IMG/VR virus record: IMGVR_UViG_3300045988_028822
Span: 1 to 39,872 of that record
Length of the DNA stretch: 39,872 bases
From: a virus
Direction: 5' to 3' (one strand)
Position numbers and translations under genes: made by a program. Positions 6,650 to 16,306 of this stretch are shown here, piece after piece. Position 1 is the first letter of the stretch. Every line of letters starts with the position of its first letter. The notes beneath the pieces were generated by a model that saw only the letters and a program-made list of their open reading frames with translations, was not told the DNA's origin and made no database searches.

Positions 6650-7030
6650 GGCACGGCTGGGCGCGGGCTGCATGGCTCGAGGGGCGATAAGGGCGGCGCT
6701 CGCAGGCCTATAAGACCCCGCGCGTTTTTTCTGAGGGCATGCGCGCGGGAAGGCGCTTCCGGGTATGCCCTCCCGTGAACGATCTGGCAATGGAGGGGGT
6801 AGCGGAAAAACAGGGGGCGCGGTCTCCTGTATGTATAGTTATATCCAGCTCCCCCATGCATGCCCTTCCAAAGCTTTTCCCATTCATTGGGAGGGGTGGG
6901 AGAAAAACGGCGTACCCCTTTGCACAAATCGAATCTCAAATTTTTCAAAAATCCCGTGTTGACCTTGGCGGCAAGCCATCGTTTCAATCCTCCTTACTTT
7001 GGCGTCCCGGAGCAATCCGGGCGTCAAGGT
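6650..7030 (+). ncRNA. GC-rich structured non-coding segment of the terS-terL spacer (candidate RNA element / leader)
   Basis: Several helices were read by eye (see findings). There is no convincing ORF on either strand. Confidence 0.3.
6661..6730 (+). terminator. Terminator-like helix plus T6 inside the spacer
   Basis: GCGCGGG (6661-6667) pairs with CCCGCGC (6717-6723), followed by TTTTTT (6725-6730). The enclosed 49 nt are themselves GC-rich. Confidence 0.35.
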
Positions 7031-7050
7031 GAGCACGGGCGGAGGGCGCT

Positions 7051-8430
7051 ATGGCGAGAAAGCAAACAGCAAAGGGCGGAGCGATCACGCTGAATCTTGG
7101 CTGCCCGAACAGCGAGCCGCAGAGGCGGTTCTTTGAAAGCCGGGTGAAATACACGTGCTACGGCGGCGCGAGAGGCGGCGGAAAGTCGTGGTGTACGCAG
7201 AGAAAACCGGTCGGCGGGTGCATCGAGTACCCGGGACTTCGGATACTGGTTATCCGCCGGAGATATGAGGATTTGGAGAACTCTGTCATAGACCCGATTC
7301 TCAAGCTGATTCCGGAAAGCCTGGCTACATACAACGTGCAGAAGCATCTGCTGACGTTTGTCAACGGGTCGAGCATCAAATTTGGCAACATGGACGGCTA
7401 CGGCTCGGCAGTCACGGGCAAATATCAGGGTCAGGAATACGACTGGATTTTCATTGAAGAGGCGACGCAGTTCACGGAGCAGGAGTTCCGAGGGATTGCG
7501 GCTTGCTGCCGCGGCGCAACGCCGTTTCCGAAACGGGTGTATCTGACGTGTAACCCCGGCGGTGTCGGGCATCAGTGGGTGAAGCGGATCTTTGTCACAA
7601 GAGATTTTCTGCCGGAAGAAAACCCGGACGATTATCTGTTTCTGAAAGCGACGGTCGAGGACAACGTCGATCTGCTGAAAGGATCTCCGGATTATGTAAA
7701 CGCATTGAATCTGCTGCCGGAGGATGTCAGAAGGGCACACCGGTTTGGCGACTGGGATGCGCTGTCCGGCGGATTCTTCCCGGAGTTTACGATCAAGACG
7801 CATGTCATTCAACCGTTTGCAATTCCAACAGGCTGGACGAAATACCGGGCATTCGACTACGGCCTCGATATGTTCGCGTGCCTCTGGATTGCCGTGGACT
7901 ATAACGGAAGGGCATATCTGTACCGGGAGTACAACGAATCGAAGCTGATTGTTTCGCAGGCGGCGAATGCAGCGATTGTGTCGACGCCGCCCGGGGAGAG
8001 AGTGGAGTATACGATTGCGCCGCCGGATATGTGGTCGACATTAAAGGACACCGGCAAGACAATGGCGCAGCTGTTTGCAGAAAGCGGGCTTCCGGTCGTC
8101 AAGGCGAACAACTCGCGTGTGGCGGGTTGGATGGCAGTCAAGGAACTGCTCAAGCCCATGAACGACGGAAAGCCGGGGCTTTTGGTGTTCAACACCTGCA
8201 AGGGAATTATCGACGATCTGATGGCGATCCAGCACGACGACAAGAACCCGTCGGACTGCGCCAAAGAACCGCATGACATAACTCACGCGCCGGACGCGCT
8301 TCGGTATTACGCGCAGCTTCGGACGCTCAAGCCGGAACAGCAGGTCATTGCAGACGAAGAAGATCACGAGGAAAGCTACGGCGATTACATGACCGGAGGG
8401 GAAGCGGACAGCAGCTACCTGAATTTCTAG
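7051..8430 (+). CDS. terL: Terminase large subunit (459 aa)
   Basis: Walker A YGGARGGGKSW, Walker B-like DWIFIEEA, and a C-terminal nuclease-type region ...HDITHAPDALRY. Confidence 0.9.
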   Translation: MARKQTAKGGAITLNLGCPNSEPQRRFFESRVKYTCYGGARGGGKSWCTQRKPVGGCIEYPGLRILVIRRRYEDLENSVIDPILKLIPESLATYNVQKHLLTFVNGSSIKFGNMDGYGSAVTGKYQGQEYDWIFIEEATQFTEQEFRGIAACCRGATPFPKRVYLTCNPGGVGHQWVKRIFVTRDFLPEENPDDYLFLKATVEDNVDLLKGSPDYVNALNLLPEDVRRAHRFGDWDALSGGFFPEFTIKTHVIQPFAIPTGWTKYRAFDYGLDMFACLWIAVDYNGRAYLYREYNESKLIVSQAANAAIVSTPPGERVEYTIAPPDMWSTLKDTGKTMAQLFAESGLPVVKANNSRVAGWMAVKELLKPMNDGKPGLLVFNTCKGIIDDLMAIQHDDKNPSDCAKEPHDITHAPDALRYYAQLRTLKPEQQVIADEEDHEESYGDYMTGGEADSSYLNF

Positions 8431-8439
8431 GAGGATTCT

Positions 8440-8847
8440 ATGACAACGCCTGAATGGGTATTTTCCAGAGCTATCCACTTGATGGACGAGCAGAACGAGT
8501 CAAGCGGTGCGACAGCAACGCAAGATACGCAGGAATACAGGATGCGGACGATCAGCATTCTGAACGTTCTGCGGCACGAGCTTTTTCCGTATTCCGACAC
8601 GTTCCAGACAGGAGAGGATGGAAAACGGGCAGTGTGCCCGGAGATCAAGGACTTTACGGACGAGATCGGGCTCGACGATGTCATTGCGCAGGGGATCATG
8701 CCCTACGGATTGGCAGCGCACCTTCTTTTGGGCGAAAACGATTCGATGGCGAGTTTTTTCAACGAACGGTATTCCGAGCTTGTCGCGACGCTCGCGGCAA
8801 AGAAGCCATCCGTGTGGGAGGAAATTACCCCGTATTACGGATTTTGA
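8440..8847 (+). CDS. Hypothetical virion-module protein (135 aa)
   Basis: Track ORF between terL and the scaffold gene. No motif. Confidence 0.5.
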   Translation: MTTPEWVFSRAIHLMDEQNESSGATATQDTQEYRMRTISILNVLRHELFPYSDTFQTGEDGKRAVCPEIKDFTDEIGLDDVIAQGIMPYGLAAHLLLGENDSMASFFNERYSELVATLAAKKPSVWEEITPYYGF

Positions 8848-8856
8848 GTAAACAGC

Positions 8857-8892
8857 GGCCTACCAGAGCCGTGAATATGGCCTACCAGAGCC
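8857..8892 (+). repeat. 14-bp direct repeat GGCCTACCAGAGCC x2 (22-nt period)
   Basis: Copies at 8857-8870 and 8879-8892, just upstream of the scaffold gene RBS. Confidence 0.8.
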
Positions 8893-8910
8893 AAAAACAG
8901 GAGGAAGAAA

Positions 8911-9768
8911 ATGAACGAGTTTATGGATGAAGAATTCGGCGTAGATCTGAGCGATATTGTTTCCGAAGACGACGGCAACCAGACCGAAGAGGAAACCAGC
9001 GAAGAAGCCGCCGAAGCGAACGAAGAAGAACAGGAGCCTTCGGAAGAACCAGAAGAACCGGCGGGGCAACCGGAAGCGGAGCCCACAAAGGAACAGAAGG
9101 AAGAAGAGCTGTTTGATCTCAAGTTCAACAAGGAAATCCGAAAGGTGAGCCGTCAGGAGGTCACGGAGCTTGCCCAAAAGGGGCTGAACCACGACCGCAT
9201 TTTAGAGCAGAGAGACCACTTACAGCAGGAAAACGCAGAGCTTTTGAAGTTCAAGCAGGACAACGAGGCGATTATCGGGCTACTGGACGCGGCAGCTCAG
9301 AAATCCGGCACAGACAGGAACACATTTTTGCAGTCGGTGCGGGAAAACGCTTATGTCTCGCAGGGCTTGAGCCGGGACGCGGCACACGAGCGCGTTTTAC
9401 GGGAGGACGCAGAGCAGCGGCTTTCCAGAACGGAAAAGGCGGATGCGGAAAAGCAGCAGGCGCAGCAGGGGCAGGAGCTTGCCCGACAGCAGGACATCGA
9501 ACGGTTTTTGAAGCTCTACAAGGATGTTGACCCAAACACGATCCCGAAGGAAGTCTGGGACGACGTGAGAGGCGGCGAGACGCTTGTCTCCGCGTATGGA
9601 AGATACGAGAATCGGCAGCTTGCGGAAAGCAACCGGAAGCTTCAGGAGAGCCTCAACGCACTCAAACAGAACGAGAAAAACAAACAGAAAAGTATTGGTT
9701 CCGCGAAAACAGAAGGGAAGGAGACGGCGAAGGACCCGTTCCTCGAATACCTGTTTAGCGACGATTGA
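8911..9768 (+). CDS. Putative scaffolding protein (285 aa)
   Basis: Very acidic N-terminus, a long predicted coiled coil, and a position immediately upstream of the capsid gene. Confidence 0.55.
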   Translation: MNEFMDEEFGVDLSDIVSEDDGNQTEEETSEEAAEANEEEQEPSEEPEEPAGQPEAEPTKEQKEEELFDLKFNKEIRKVSRQEVTELAQKGLNHDRILEQRDHLQQENAELLKFKQDNEAIIGLLDAAAQKSGTDRNTFLQSVRENAYVSQGLSRDAAHERVLREDAEQRLSRTEKADAEKQQAQQGQELARQQDIERFLKLYKDVDPNTIPKEVWDDVRGGETLVSAYGRYENRQLAESNRKLQESLNALKQNEKNKQKSIGSAKTEGKETAKDPFLEYLFSDD

Positions 9769-9781
9769 CAGGAGGTAAAGA

Positions 9782-10852
9782 ATGTCTAAAACCATCAACC
9801 TTGCAGAAAAGTATTCTGACAAGGTACAGGAAAGATTTTATCAGGATTCTTTGACGCAGAGCTCCTTCTCGAAGGATCTCGATATGGAGTTCGTCGGCGT
9901 GAAGACCGTGAAGGTCTATGAAGCGCACACGTCCCCGCTCAACGACTACACCCGTTCCGGCTCGAACCGTTACGGCACGCCGCAGGAGCTTGCAGACAGC
10001 ATCTATGAGTTCCAGATGAAGCAGGACAAGGCGTTCACCTACACCATTGACAAGGGCAACGCAAAAGAGCAGTTCAACATCAAGACGGCTGCAACGAGCC
10101 TGAAACGCGAGATGCGCGAAGTTGTGACCCCGTACATTGACAAGCACCGTTTCAAGACCTGGGCAGTGAACGCAGGTCAGCATGTTGCGCTGACGGCGGC
10201 GCCGACGAAGAGCACGATTGCCGGTATCATCATGGATGCGACCTGCGCGCTCGACGATATGTTTGTCCCGCAGAACGGCAGAACGCTGTACATCCGCAAT
10301 GACCTTTATAAGGCGCTGAAGCTTTGCGACGAGTATGTCAAGCTTGAGGGCATCGGCACGAAGGCACTTGTCAAGGGCGTCGTGGGCGAGTTTGACGGTA
10401 TGCCCGTCAAGAAGGTACCGAAGAGCTATTTCCCGTCGGATGTGTATTTCATGATCGTCCTGAAGGACGCGGCGATCTCGCCGATGAAGCTGAACGACTA
10501 CAAGATCCACTCCGACCCGCCCGGCCTGTCCGGTGATCTGGTGGAAGGCCGCGTGATGTTCGACGCATTCGTGAAGCCCACGAGAGCGGACGGTATTTAT
10601 GTCGGCTGCGCGGCGTCTACCGTTGCGGCAACGCCCGCGATCGTGATTGCAACGAATGTTGCGACGATCACTTCGGACACGACCGACGCGGTCATCAAGT
10701 ACACCACGGACGGCAGCGACCCGCGTTTCAGCGATACCGCGAAGACGTACTCGGCATCCAGCAAGCCGACGCTTGCGACCGGCGACACCATCAAGGCTGT
10801 CGCGACGAAGACCGGCATGTATTGGTCTGGCGTGGCGGTTGGTCAGAACTGA
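9782..10852 (+). CDS. Major capsid protein (HK97-fold type) with C-terminal Ig-like/CHB_HEX_C-like domain (356 aa)
   Basis: Position after the scaffold gene, with a strong terminator downstream. The N-terminal two thirds resemble N4-gp56/phi29-type capsid proteins from memory. C-terminal AVIKYTTDGSDP...TIKAVATKTG. Confidence 0.75.
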   Translation: MSKTINLAEKYSDKVQERFYQDSLTQSSFSKDLDMEFVGVKTVKVYEAHTSPLNDYTRSGSNRYGTPQELADSIYEFQMKQDKAFTYTIDKGNAKEQFNIKTAATSLKREMREVVTPYIDKHRFKTWAVNAGQHVALTAAPTKSTIAGIIMDATCALDDMFVPQNGRTLYIRNDLYKALKLCDEYVKLEGIGTKALVKGVVGEFDGMPVKKVPKSYFPSDVYFMIVLKDAAISPMKLNDYKIHSDPPGLSGDLVEGRVMFDAFVKPTRADGIYVGCAASTVAATPAIVIATNVATITSDTTDAVIKYTTDGSDPRFSDTAKTYSASSKPTLATGDTIKAVATKTGMYWSGVAVGQN

Positions 10853-10859
10853 GTAATAG

Positions 10860-10883
10860 GGGCGGCGCGAGCCGCCCTTTTCT
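10860..10883 (+). terminator. Intrinsic terminator after the capsid gene
   Basis: GGGCGGC-gcga-GCCGCCC followed by TTTTCT. Confidence 0.7.
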
Positions 10884-10898
10884 CAAACAGGGGGAAGT

Positions 10899-12674
10899 AT
10901 GGCGAAAATTGTAACCTCGGATGTCGCGAAGGTTTTACAGATACAAAAATTTCTGGGGCTCAACGAATCGAAGGACGGCGACACGCAGCTCAAAGTCGGC
11001 GAGGCCTCGAAACTTGAAAACTGGCAGGTCACGCCGCAGTACCATTTGAAGGTTCGACCGGGCATGCAGGCAATGGAGACCTTTCAGGGAGCTGTACGCG
11101 GGCTGTGGCACGGCTTCGTTGCGGGGGAGGAAGTTACCCTCTGCGCAGCAGATGGCGGCGTATGGAAGATTTCCGAAGGCAAGACAAGGCTTGGGAACAT
11201 CACCGACGCACCGACAACCTTTTTCGGATTCAACAATAAGGTCTATATGCTCAACGGGCACGAATATCTGTCGTGGGACGGCGCGGGAAGTGTGAAAACG
11301 GTGGACGGGTATATCCCGTGTGTGGTAACGGCGGCATCCCCCAAAGGCGGCGGAACGACGCTGGAAAACATTAACCGGCTGACGGGAAAACGGCGGGTGC
11401 GCTTTTCGGCGGACGGCGAGAGCACAAAATATGTCCTCCCGGAATCCGGACTTTCGTCCATCGACCTTGTTTATGTCGAAGGGACGGAAACAGCGGCAGA
11501 GAAGGACGCGGCAGCCGGTACGGTCACGTTTTCTACGGCTCCGGCAGCCGGGAGCAACAATGTCGAGATTTATTATACCGCGCCGAACAGCCTGCGTTCT
11601 CAGGTCACGGCCATGCGGTATTGGGAATTTTTCAACGGCGCAAATGATACAAGAGTGTTTTTGTACGGAGACGGAACGGCGAAGGCTCTGTATTGCGGCA
11701 TTACAGAAAAAGGCATTGCGTCGGCGGAGTATTTCCCGGATCTTTATGAAATGCTGGTCGGAGATGAAAATACGCCCATTACGGCGATGGTCAAGCACTA
11801 TGACAGGCTCCTGACATTTAAGCCGGGAAGCGTATACGCAACGGAGTATTCGACGGTTACGCTGGCTGACGGGGCGGTCACGGCAGGATTTTACACGATC
11901 CCACTGAACCGGGAGATCGGAAACGAAGCGCCGGGACAGGTGCGGCTTGTCTACAACTTTCCGCGCTCGATGTACGCAAGCGCGCTCTACGACTGGAAAA
12001 TGACCTCCTCGACGGTCCGAGACGAGAGAAACGCAAAGATGGTGTCAGAACGTGTACGAAGCACGATGCAGCGGGCAGAGCCGGAGAAGGTATTTATCTT
12101 TGATGACGACAGCAAGCAGGAATACTACATGTTCCTGAACGATGCGCCCGGTACGGCGCTGGTGCACCGGTACATTGAAGACGTTTGGTATAAATATACG
12201 AATCTCAAGGTCGTGTGTGCATGCAGAAGCGGAGACGACATTTACTTCGGCACGTCAGACGGGAAGCTTGCGCTGTTTGACGAACTGGTGCACAACGATT
12301 TCGGGCAGGAAATCGGGTGCACGTGGGAAAGCGGCAATATGGACTTCGGGTCAGATTACCAGAGGAAGCACAGCTCGGTACTCTGGGTGAGTCTCAAACC
12401 GGCGGCAGGCGCGCGATGCACAGTATCGGCAAGGTCTGACCGGAAGAGCGAGTATGCAGAAAAAACCGTCACGGCGCAGATCTCGAATTTTGCATCCGTT
12501 GACTTTGGACATTTTTCTTTCAACACGAACAGAAGCCCGCATATGCAGAGAGTCAAGCTGAAAGTAAAGAAGTTCGTCTACTACAAGCTGCTGATCAACG
12601 CGGTATCGGTCGCAAACGACGTTACTGTTCTTGGCGTTGATATGCGGGTACGGTTCACGGGTTATGTAAAGTGA
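10899..12674 (+). CDS. Large virion structural protein (591 aa; possibly a tail tubular/adaptor beta-rich protein)
   Basis: Track ORF with GGGGGAAG RBS, located between the capsid and portal genes. The function is only inferred from position. Confidence 0.5.
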   Translation: MAKIVTSDVAKVLQIQKFLGLNESKDGDTQLKVGEASKLENWQVTPQYHLKVRPGMQAMETFQGAVRGLWHGFVAGEEVTLCAADGGVWKISEGKTRLGNITDAPTTFFGFNNKVYMLNGHEYLSWDGAGSVKTVDGYIPCVVTAASPKGGGTTLENINRLTGKRRVRFSADGESTKYVLPESGLSSIDLVYVEGTETAAEKDAAAGTVTFSTAPAAGSNNVEIYYTAPNSLRSQVTAMRYWEFFNGANDTRVFLYGDGTAKALYCGITEKGIASAEYFPDLYEMLVGDENTPITAMVKHYDRLLTFKPGSVYATEYSTVTLADGAVTAGFYTIPLNREIGNEAPGQVRLVYNFPRSMYASALYDWKMTSSTVRDERNAKMVSERVRSTMQRAEPEKVFIFDDDSKQEYYMFLNDAPGTALVHRYIEDVWYKYTNLKVVCACRSGDDIYFGTSDGKLALFDELVHNDFGQEIGCTWESGNMDFGSDYQRKHSSVLWVSLKPAAGARCTVSARSDRKSEYAEKTVTAQISNFASVDFGHFSFNTNRSPHMQRVKLKVKKFVYYKLLINAVSVANDVTVLGVDMRVRFTGYVK

Positions 12675-12681
12675 GGTCTGT

Positions 12682-12918
12682 ATGGAAATTTTTATGTGTG
12701 TGCTTCTCGGGATTCTGAGTATGTTCATCCTTTTGCACTGCTCGGTGCTGCTGCTGATTGCGGCGGCGCTCTGGAAGCGGCGGGAGAAAAAGGCCGTTCC
12801 GGAAGAGACGGCAGAAAAGACAGAGGAAGAACGCAGGGCAGAGATGGAAATGAAACTGTTCAACGAAGGCGTTGCGAACATTCTTTCTTACGGGAATCCA
12901 AAGGAGAGGGATAGATGA
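12682..12918 (+). CDS. Small membrane protein (78 aa)
   Basis: N-terminal TM helix CVLLGILSMFILLHCSVLLLIAAALW, then a charged tail. Confidence 0.45.
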   Translation: MEIFMCVLLGILSMFILLHCSVLLLIAAALWKRREKKAVPEETAEKTEEERRAEMEMKLFNEGVANILSYGNPKERDR

Positions 12919-14594
12919 AGAAACCAACACCGGAGCTTGTTTCCAAGCGGTATGACAAGGGCGTAATGTTCAATACGCAGATCAATTTATACGACACGGT
13001 CACGGAAAACGAGAACTTCTTCATTGGTAAGCAGTGGGAGGGCGTGGAGGCAAACGGCCTGCCGACGCCGGTCTTCAATTTCCTCAAGCGTGTCACGCTC
13101 TTTCAGATTGCAACGATCAGCTCCGACAACCTGTCCATGCAGGCGACACCTTTAAACTCCACGTCCAGATATGGACTTGCAGATCTGGAACAGGTCACGG
13201 ATGTGATCAACAAGCAGTTTGCGGAGATTTTTGAACGCAACAAAATTGTGACAAAGGTGCGCGAGTTTATGCGCAATGCCGCCGTGGACGGAGATGGGGC
13301 AACCTATTCGTGGTTTGACCCGGATATGGAGACGGGGCAGGAAGCAAAGGGCGGCATTGTCACGGAGATCGTCGAGAACACAAGAATCATCTTCGGCAAT
13401 CCGAACGAGCGGAACGTGCAGCAGCAGCCGTATATCATTATTCCCATGCGAAAGCAGGTGGAATATGTAAAGAACCTGGCTGAGAAAAACGGCGTCAAGA
13501 AGGACGATATTGATTCTATTCGGGCAGACTCTGAGGCGTACGGCAACAAAATGGACGCGCTGACGGACGACAGAGTGTCCATGTATATCTACCTGTACCG
13601 GGATTTTGAGACGGGGACGATTCACAGCTACAAGTGCACACAGAACGTGGAGCTGGAAGAAGACAAGGATACGGAGCTGAAGCATTATCCCATTACATGG
13701 ATGAACTGGGATTATATTCAGGACAGCTACCACGGGCAGGCGCTGATTTCACAGCTGCTTCCGAACCAGAAGTTTGTGAACAAGGCGTTCGCAATGGCGA
13801 TGATCTCACTGATGACGACGGCCTATCCGAAGATCGTCTACGACAAGACAAGAATTCCTAAATGGGATTCGAGGGTCGGCGCAGCCATTGGCGTGAACGG
13901 CGGGGACATGAACTCCATCGCGAAGATCATTGACCCGGCGCAGATCAGCCCGCAGATCTCGCAGTTTATTGATCTGGCCGTCAACTACACGCAGAACTTC
14001 ATGGGCGCTTCCGACGCGGCTTTGGGCGACACGAGACCGGACAACACGTCGGCCATTATCGCGCTGCAAAGAGCGTCGAACGCACCGTTGGAGCTTGTAA
14101 AGCTCAACATGTATGAGTCCATCGAAGACCTCGGGAGGATCTACCTCGACATGATGCGGGTCTACTACGGGACGCGGTACGTGCAAGTGAAGTTCCTCTC
14201 CAAGCAGGAGATGAACAATCAGCCGCTTGGCATGAGCATTCAGGACACGAATTTCAACAAGCCGTTTGATTTCTCGATTCTGAATGAAATCCCGATGAGC
14301 CTGAAACTGGATGTGGGCGCGTCTTCGTATTGGAGCGAGATTACGACGGTGCAGACGCTCGACAACCTTCTGATGCAGGGCAAGATCGAATTGGTAGATT
14401 ACTTGGAGCGCATTCCGGAGGGATATGTTTCCAAGAAGCAAGAGCTGATTGACAAACTGCAAGGCATGCAGGCACAGATGGCGGGGCAGCAGTCGAATTC
14501 CCCGGTGATGGGGCAGGGGACAGAAATTCCCGTAGAGGGCGGCAGCGGATACGGGCAGCTCCAGCGGGCACTTAATGAGACGGGGGTGATTTGA
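12915..14594 (+). CDS. Portal protein (559 aa)
   Basis: Size, NENFFIGKQWEG near the N-terminus and a central ...GDTRPDNTSAIIALQRAS... block are typical of portals as I remember them. Confidence 0.7.
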   Translation: MKKPTPELVSKRYDKGVMFNTQINLYDTVTENENFFIGKQWEGVEANGLPTPVFNFLKRVTLFQIATISSDNLSMQATPLNSTSRYGLADLEQVTDVINKQFAEIFERNKIVTKVREFMRNAAVDGDGATYSWFDPDMETGQEAKGGIVTEIVENTRIIFGNPNERNVQQQPYIIIPMRKQVEYVKNLAEKNGVKKDDIDSIRADSEAYGNKMDALTDDRVSMYIYLYRDFETGTIHSYKCTQNVELEEDKDTELKHYPITWMNWDYIQDSYHGQALISQLLPNQKFVNKAFAMAMISLMTTAYPKIVYDKTRIPKWDSRVGAAIGVNGGDMNSIAKIIDPAQISPQISQFIDLAVNYTQNFMGASDAALGDTRPDNTSAIIALQRASNAPLELVKLNMYESIEDLGRIYLDMMRVYYGTRYVQVKFLSKQEMNNQPLGMSIQDTNFNKPFDFSILNEIPMSLKLDVGASSYWSEITTVQTLDNLLMQGKIELVDYLERIPEGYVSKKQELIDKLQGMQAQMAGQQSNSPVMGQGTEIPVEGGSGYGQLQRALNETGVI

Positions 14595-15622
14595 TGGCAC
14601 TGACAGAATTTCAAGACGATCTGAACATTATTCAGAAGCTGGACGACGAGCCGAACGACGTAGGCGGTCTGACGGCGGCGGAGCTCAAGGCGAAGTTCGA
14701 CGAAGCGGGGCTTACGATTCAGAACTGGCTCAATACTGTGCTGATCCCGGCGCTGGTCGCGGCGAATTTGGGCTTTCAGGCGACGACGGATATTCCGGCG
14801 AAAACCATTCAGGCGGCAATCGAGAACGTGCAGGAGCAGGTCAAGCAGGCGACAATTGCGGCTGTTCCGAACGGCAGTATCAACTATATCAAGCTTGCGC
14901 AGGACGTTACGACAATTCTGACGGGGCTCAGAACAGATATCACGCAGTCTCAGGCGGATATCACGGAGCTACAGAACCGGCCGATTATCATTGACCCGGC
15001 GACGGCTTCGGCAAACGGCCTGATGAGCAAGGAGGACAAGGCCAAGCTCGACGGGATCGCGGCGGGGGCAACGAAAGTAAACGTCAACAACGAACTGTCA
15101 GCGACGAGTTCGGACGCGATCATGAATAAGGTTGTTTACGCGGCGCTGCAAAACCTGTCACAGAGCCTGGCGCAGAGCTTGACAGAGGCGTTCACAGCAG
15201 GGCTCTCCGGGAAAGCGAATACCGTACATACGCATGTTCTTTCGGACATTACGACGGAATTTGACAGCGCGCCGACAGAGGGCAGCAACAACCTTGTCAA
15301 ATCCGGCGGCGTCTATACGGCGATCAAGAACGTCAAAAACGCGTTCCAGTATACCGGAACGCTGCTTTCTACGGGCTGGACGGTGGACGCGAATGGCTAC
15401 CGGACGCAGACAATCACAATTACGGGTCTTGTGGCAGATTACAACGTAGACCCGCAGTGGGACGTGGTGTTATCGGGGACAGATCATGACGCCGATACGG
15501 CGATTCTGGACGCGTTCGTTCTAGTTCACAACTTCACGACCGGCGCGGACTCGCTGACCGCGCAGTGTCTCGGAGTTGCGCCGACGGTCAATATCCCGGT
15601 CAAGGTGGTGGTTTTTGTATGA
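14591..15622 (+). CDS. Tail fibre protein (343 aa)
   Basis: DLNIIQKLDDEPN...GLTAAELKAKFDEAG N-terminus, ANGLMSKEDKAKLDGI repeat, and NNLVKSGGVYTAI. Confidence 0.65.
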   Translation: MMALTEFQDDLNIIQKLDDEPNDVGGLTAAELKAKFDEAGLTIQNWLNTVLIPALVAANLGFQATTDIPAKTIQAAIENVQEQVKQATIAAVPNGSINYIKLAQDVTTILTGLRTDITQSQADITELQNRPIIIDPATASANGLMSKEDKAKLDGIAAGATKVNVNNELSATSSDAIMNKVVYAALQNLSQSLAQSLTEAFTAGLSGKANTVHTHVLSDITTEFDSAPTEGSNNLVKSGGVYTAIKNVKNAFQYTGTLLSTGWTVDANGYRTQTITITGLVADYNVDPQWDVVLSGTDHDADTAILDAFVLVHNFTTGADSLTAQCLGVAPTVNIPVKVVVFV

Positions 15623-16293
15623 GCGGACGGAGCCCGAGATGGATCATGTACTATGAGCGTTCGTGGGAGCCCAATTTCTCCGAGAACTCATGGAAGCAGG
15701 TGATCTGGTGCTGTCAGCACCGTATTATCCCTCCCACGTGGTCAGTAGGCAATCAATTGTCCATGACAATTAACAGAAAGGATTACCTGATCGACATTAT
15801 CGGGATAGAGCATGATACCTACGCCGATTCCGACCAAAAAGCGCCGTTCACGTTTATGCTCCATCAGGTTTATGAGTTTTCAAATATAATGTACGGCACA
15901 TTGCCCACTACTGTAACGTGGGCGGACAGCGACATGAGATCGACGCATCTTCCAAAAATTCTGACGAAAATGCCGACAGAGGTTCAGGCTGCGGTCAGAG
16001 AGGTCAAAAAGAATACCGTTTCGGGCGGGGAGACTGCCGATAAGCTGTTTTTACCTTCGAAGGCGGAGCTTACGGGAGACACCGTAGCATCCCACGGGAC
16101 ACAATATCCTTATTTTTCTGGCGGAAATGGACTGATAAAGCATCGTGTTAACTCGTCTACATTAGCGAAATATTGGACGAGAGACACAGATACCGTGAAT
16201 AGTAAATACTTCTGTTATGTCAGTACAACCGGCGAAATTCTTAGTCAGTCGGCAAAGTCATCGGCGTTTGTGAGCCCAGCATTTTGTTTTTGA
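15619..16293 (+). CDS. DUF6273-like tail-associated protein (224 aa)
   Basis: ATG at 15619 overlaps the upstream stop (ATGA). The ADKLFLPSKAELTG motif is typical of that family. GC is lower than in the flanks. Confidence 0.5.
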   Translation: MSGRSPRWIMYYERSWEPNFSENSWKQVIWCCQHRIIPPTWSVGNQLSMTINRKDYLIDIIGIEHDTYADSDQKAPFTFMLHQVYEFSNIMYGTLPTTVTWADSDMRSTHLPKILTKMPTEVQAAVREVKKNTVSGGETADKLFLPSKAELTGDTVASHGTQYPYFSGGNGLIKHRVNSSTLAKYWTRDTDTVNSKYFCYVSTTGEILSQSAKSSAFVSPAFCF

Positions 16294-16306
16294 GAGGAAA
16301 AAGATA

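Noticed and set aside
6625-6987. 120-aa minus-strand ORF, and a 31-aa minus-strand ORF (6884..6979) preceded by AAGGAGG, in the terS-terL spacer
   Set aside because: The long ORF starts at a TTG directly abutting the SD and encodes a P/R/G-rich sequence. The short ORF has a good SD spacing but lies antisense in the middle of the late operon with no promoter visible. I kept it only as a remote possibility.
7024-7812. 262-aa minus-strand ORF antisense to terL. Similar long antisense ORFs occur at 9755..10510, 10935..11798, 13806..14600, 16577..17401, 21145..21885 and 23605..24300
   Set aside because: All lie fully inside strongly supported plus-strand genes. They are R/L/P-rich, as expected for antisense frames of GC-rich coding DNA, and they lack RBSs.
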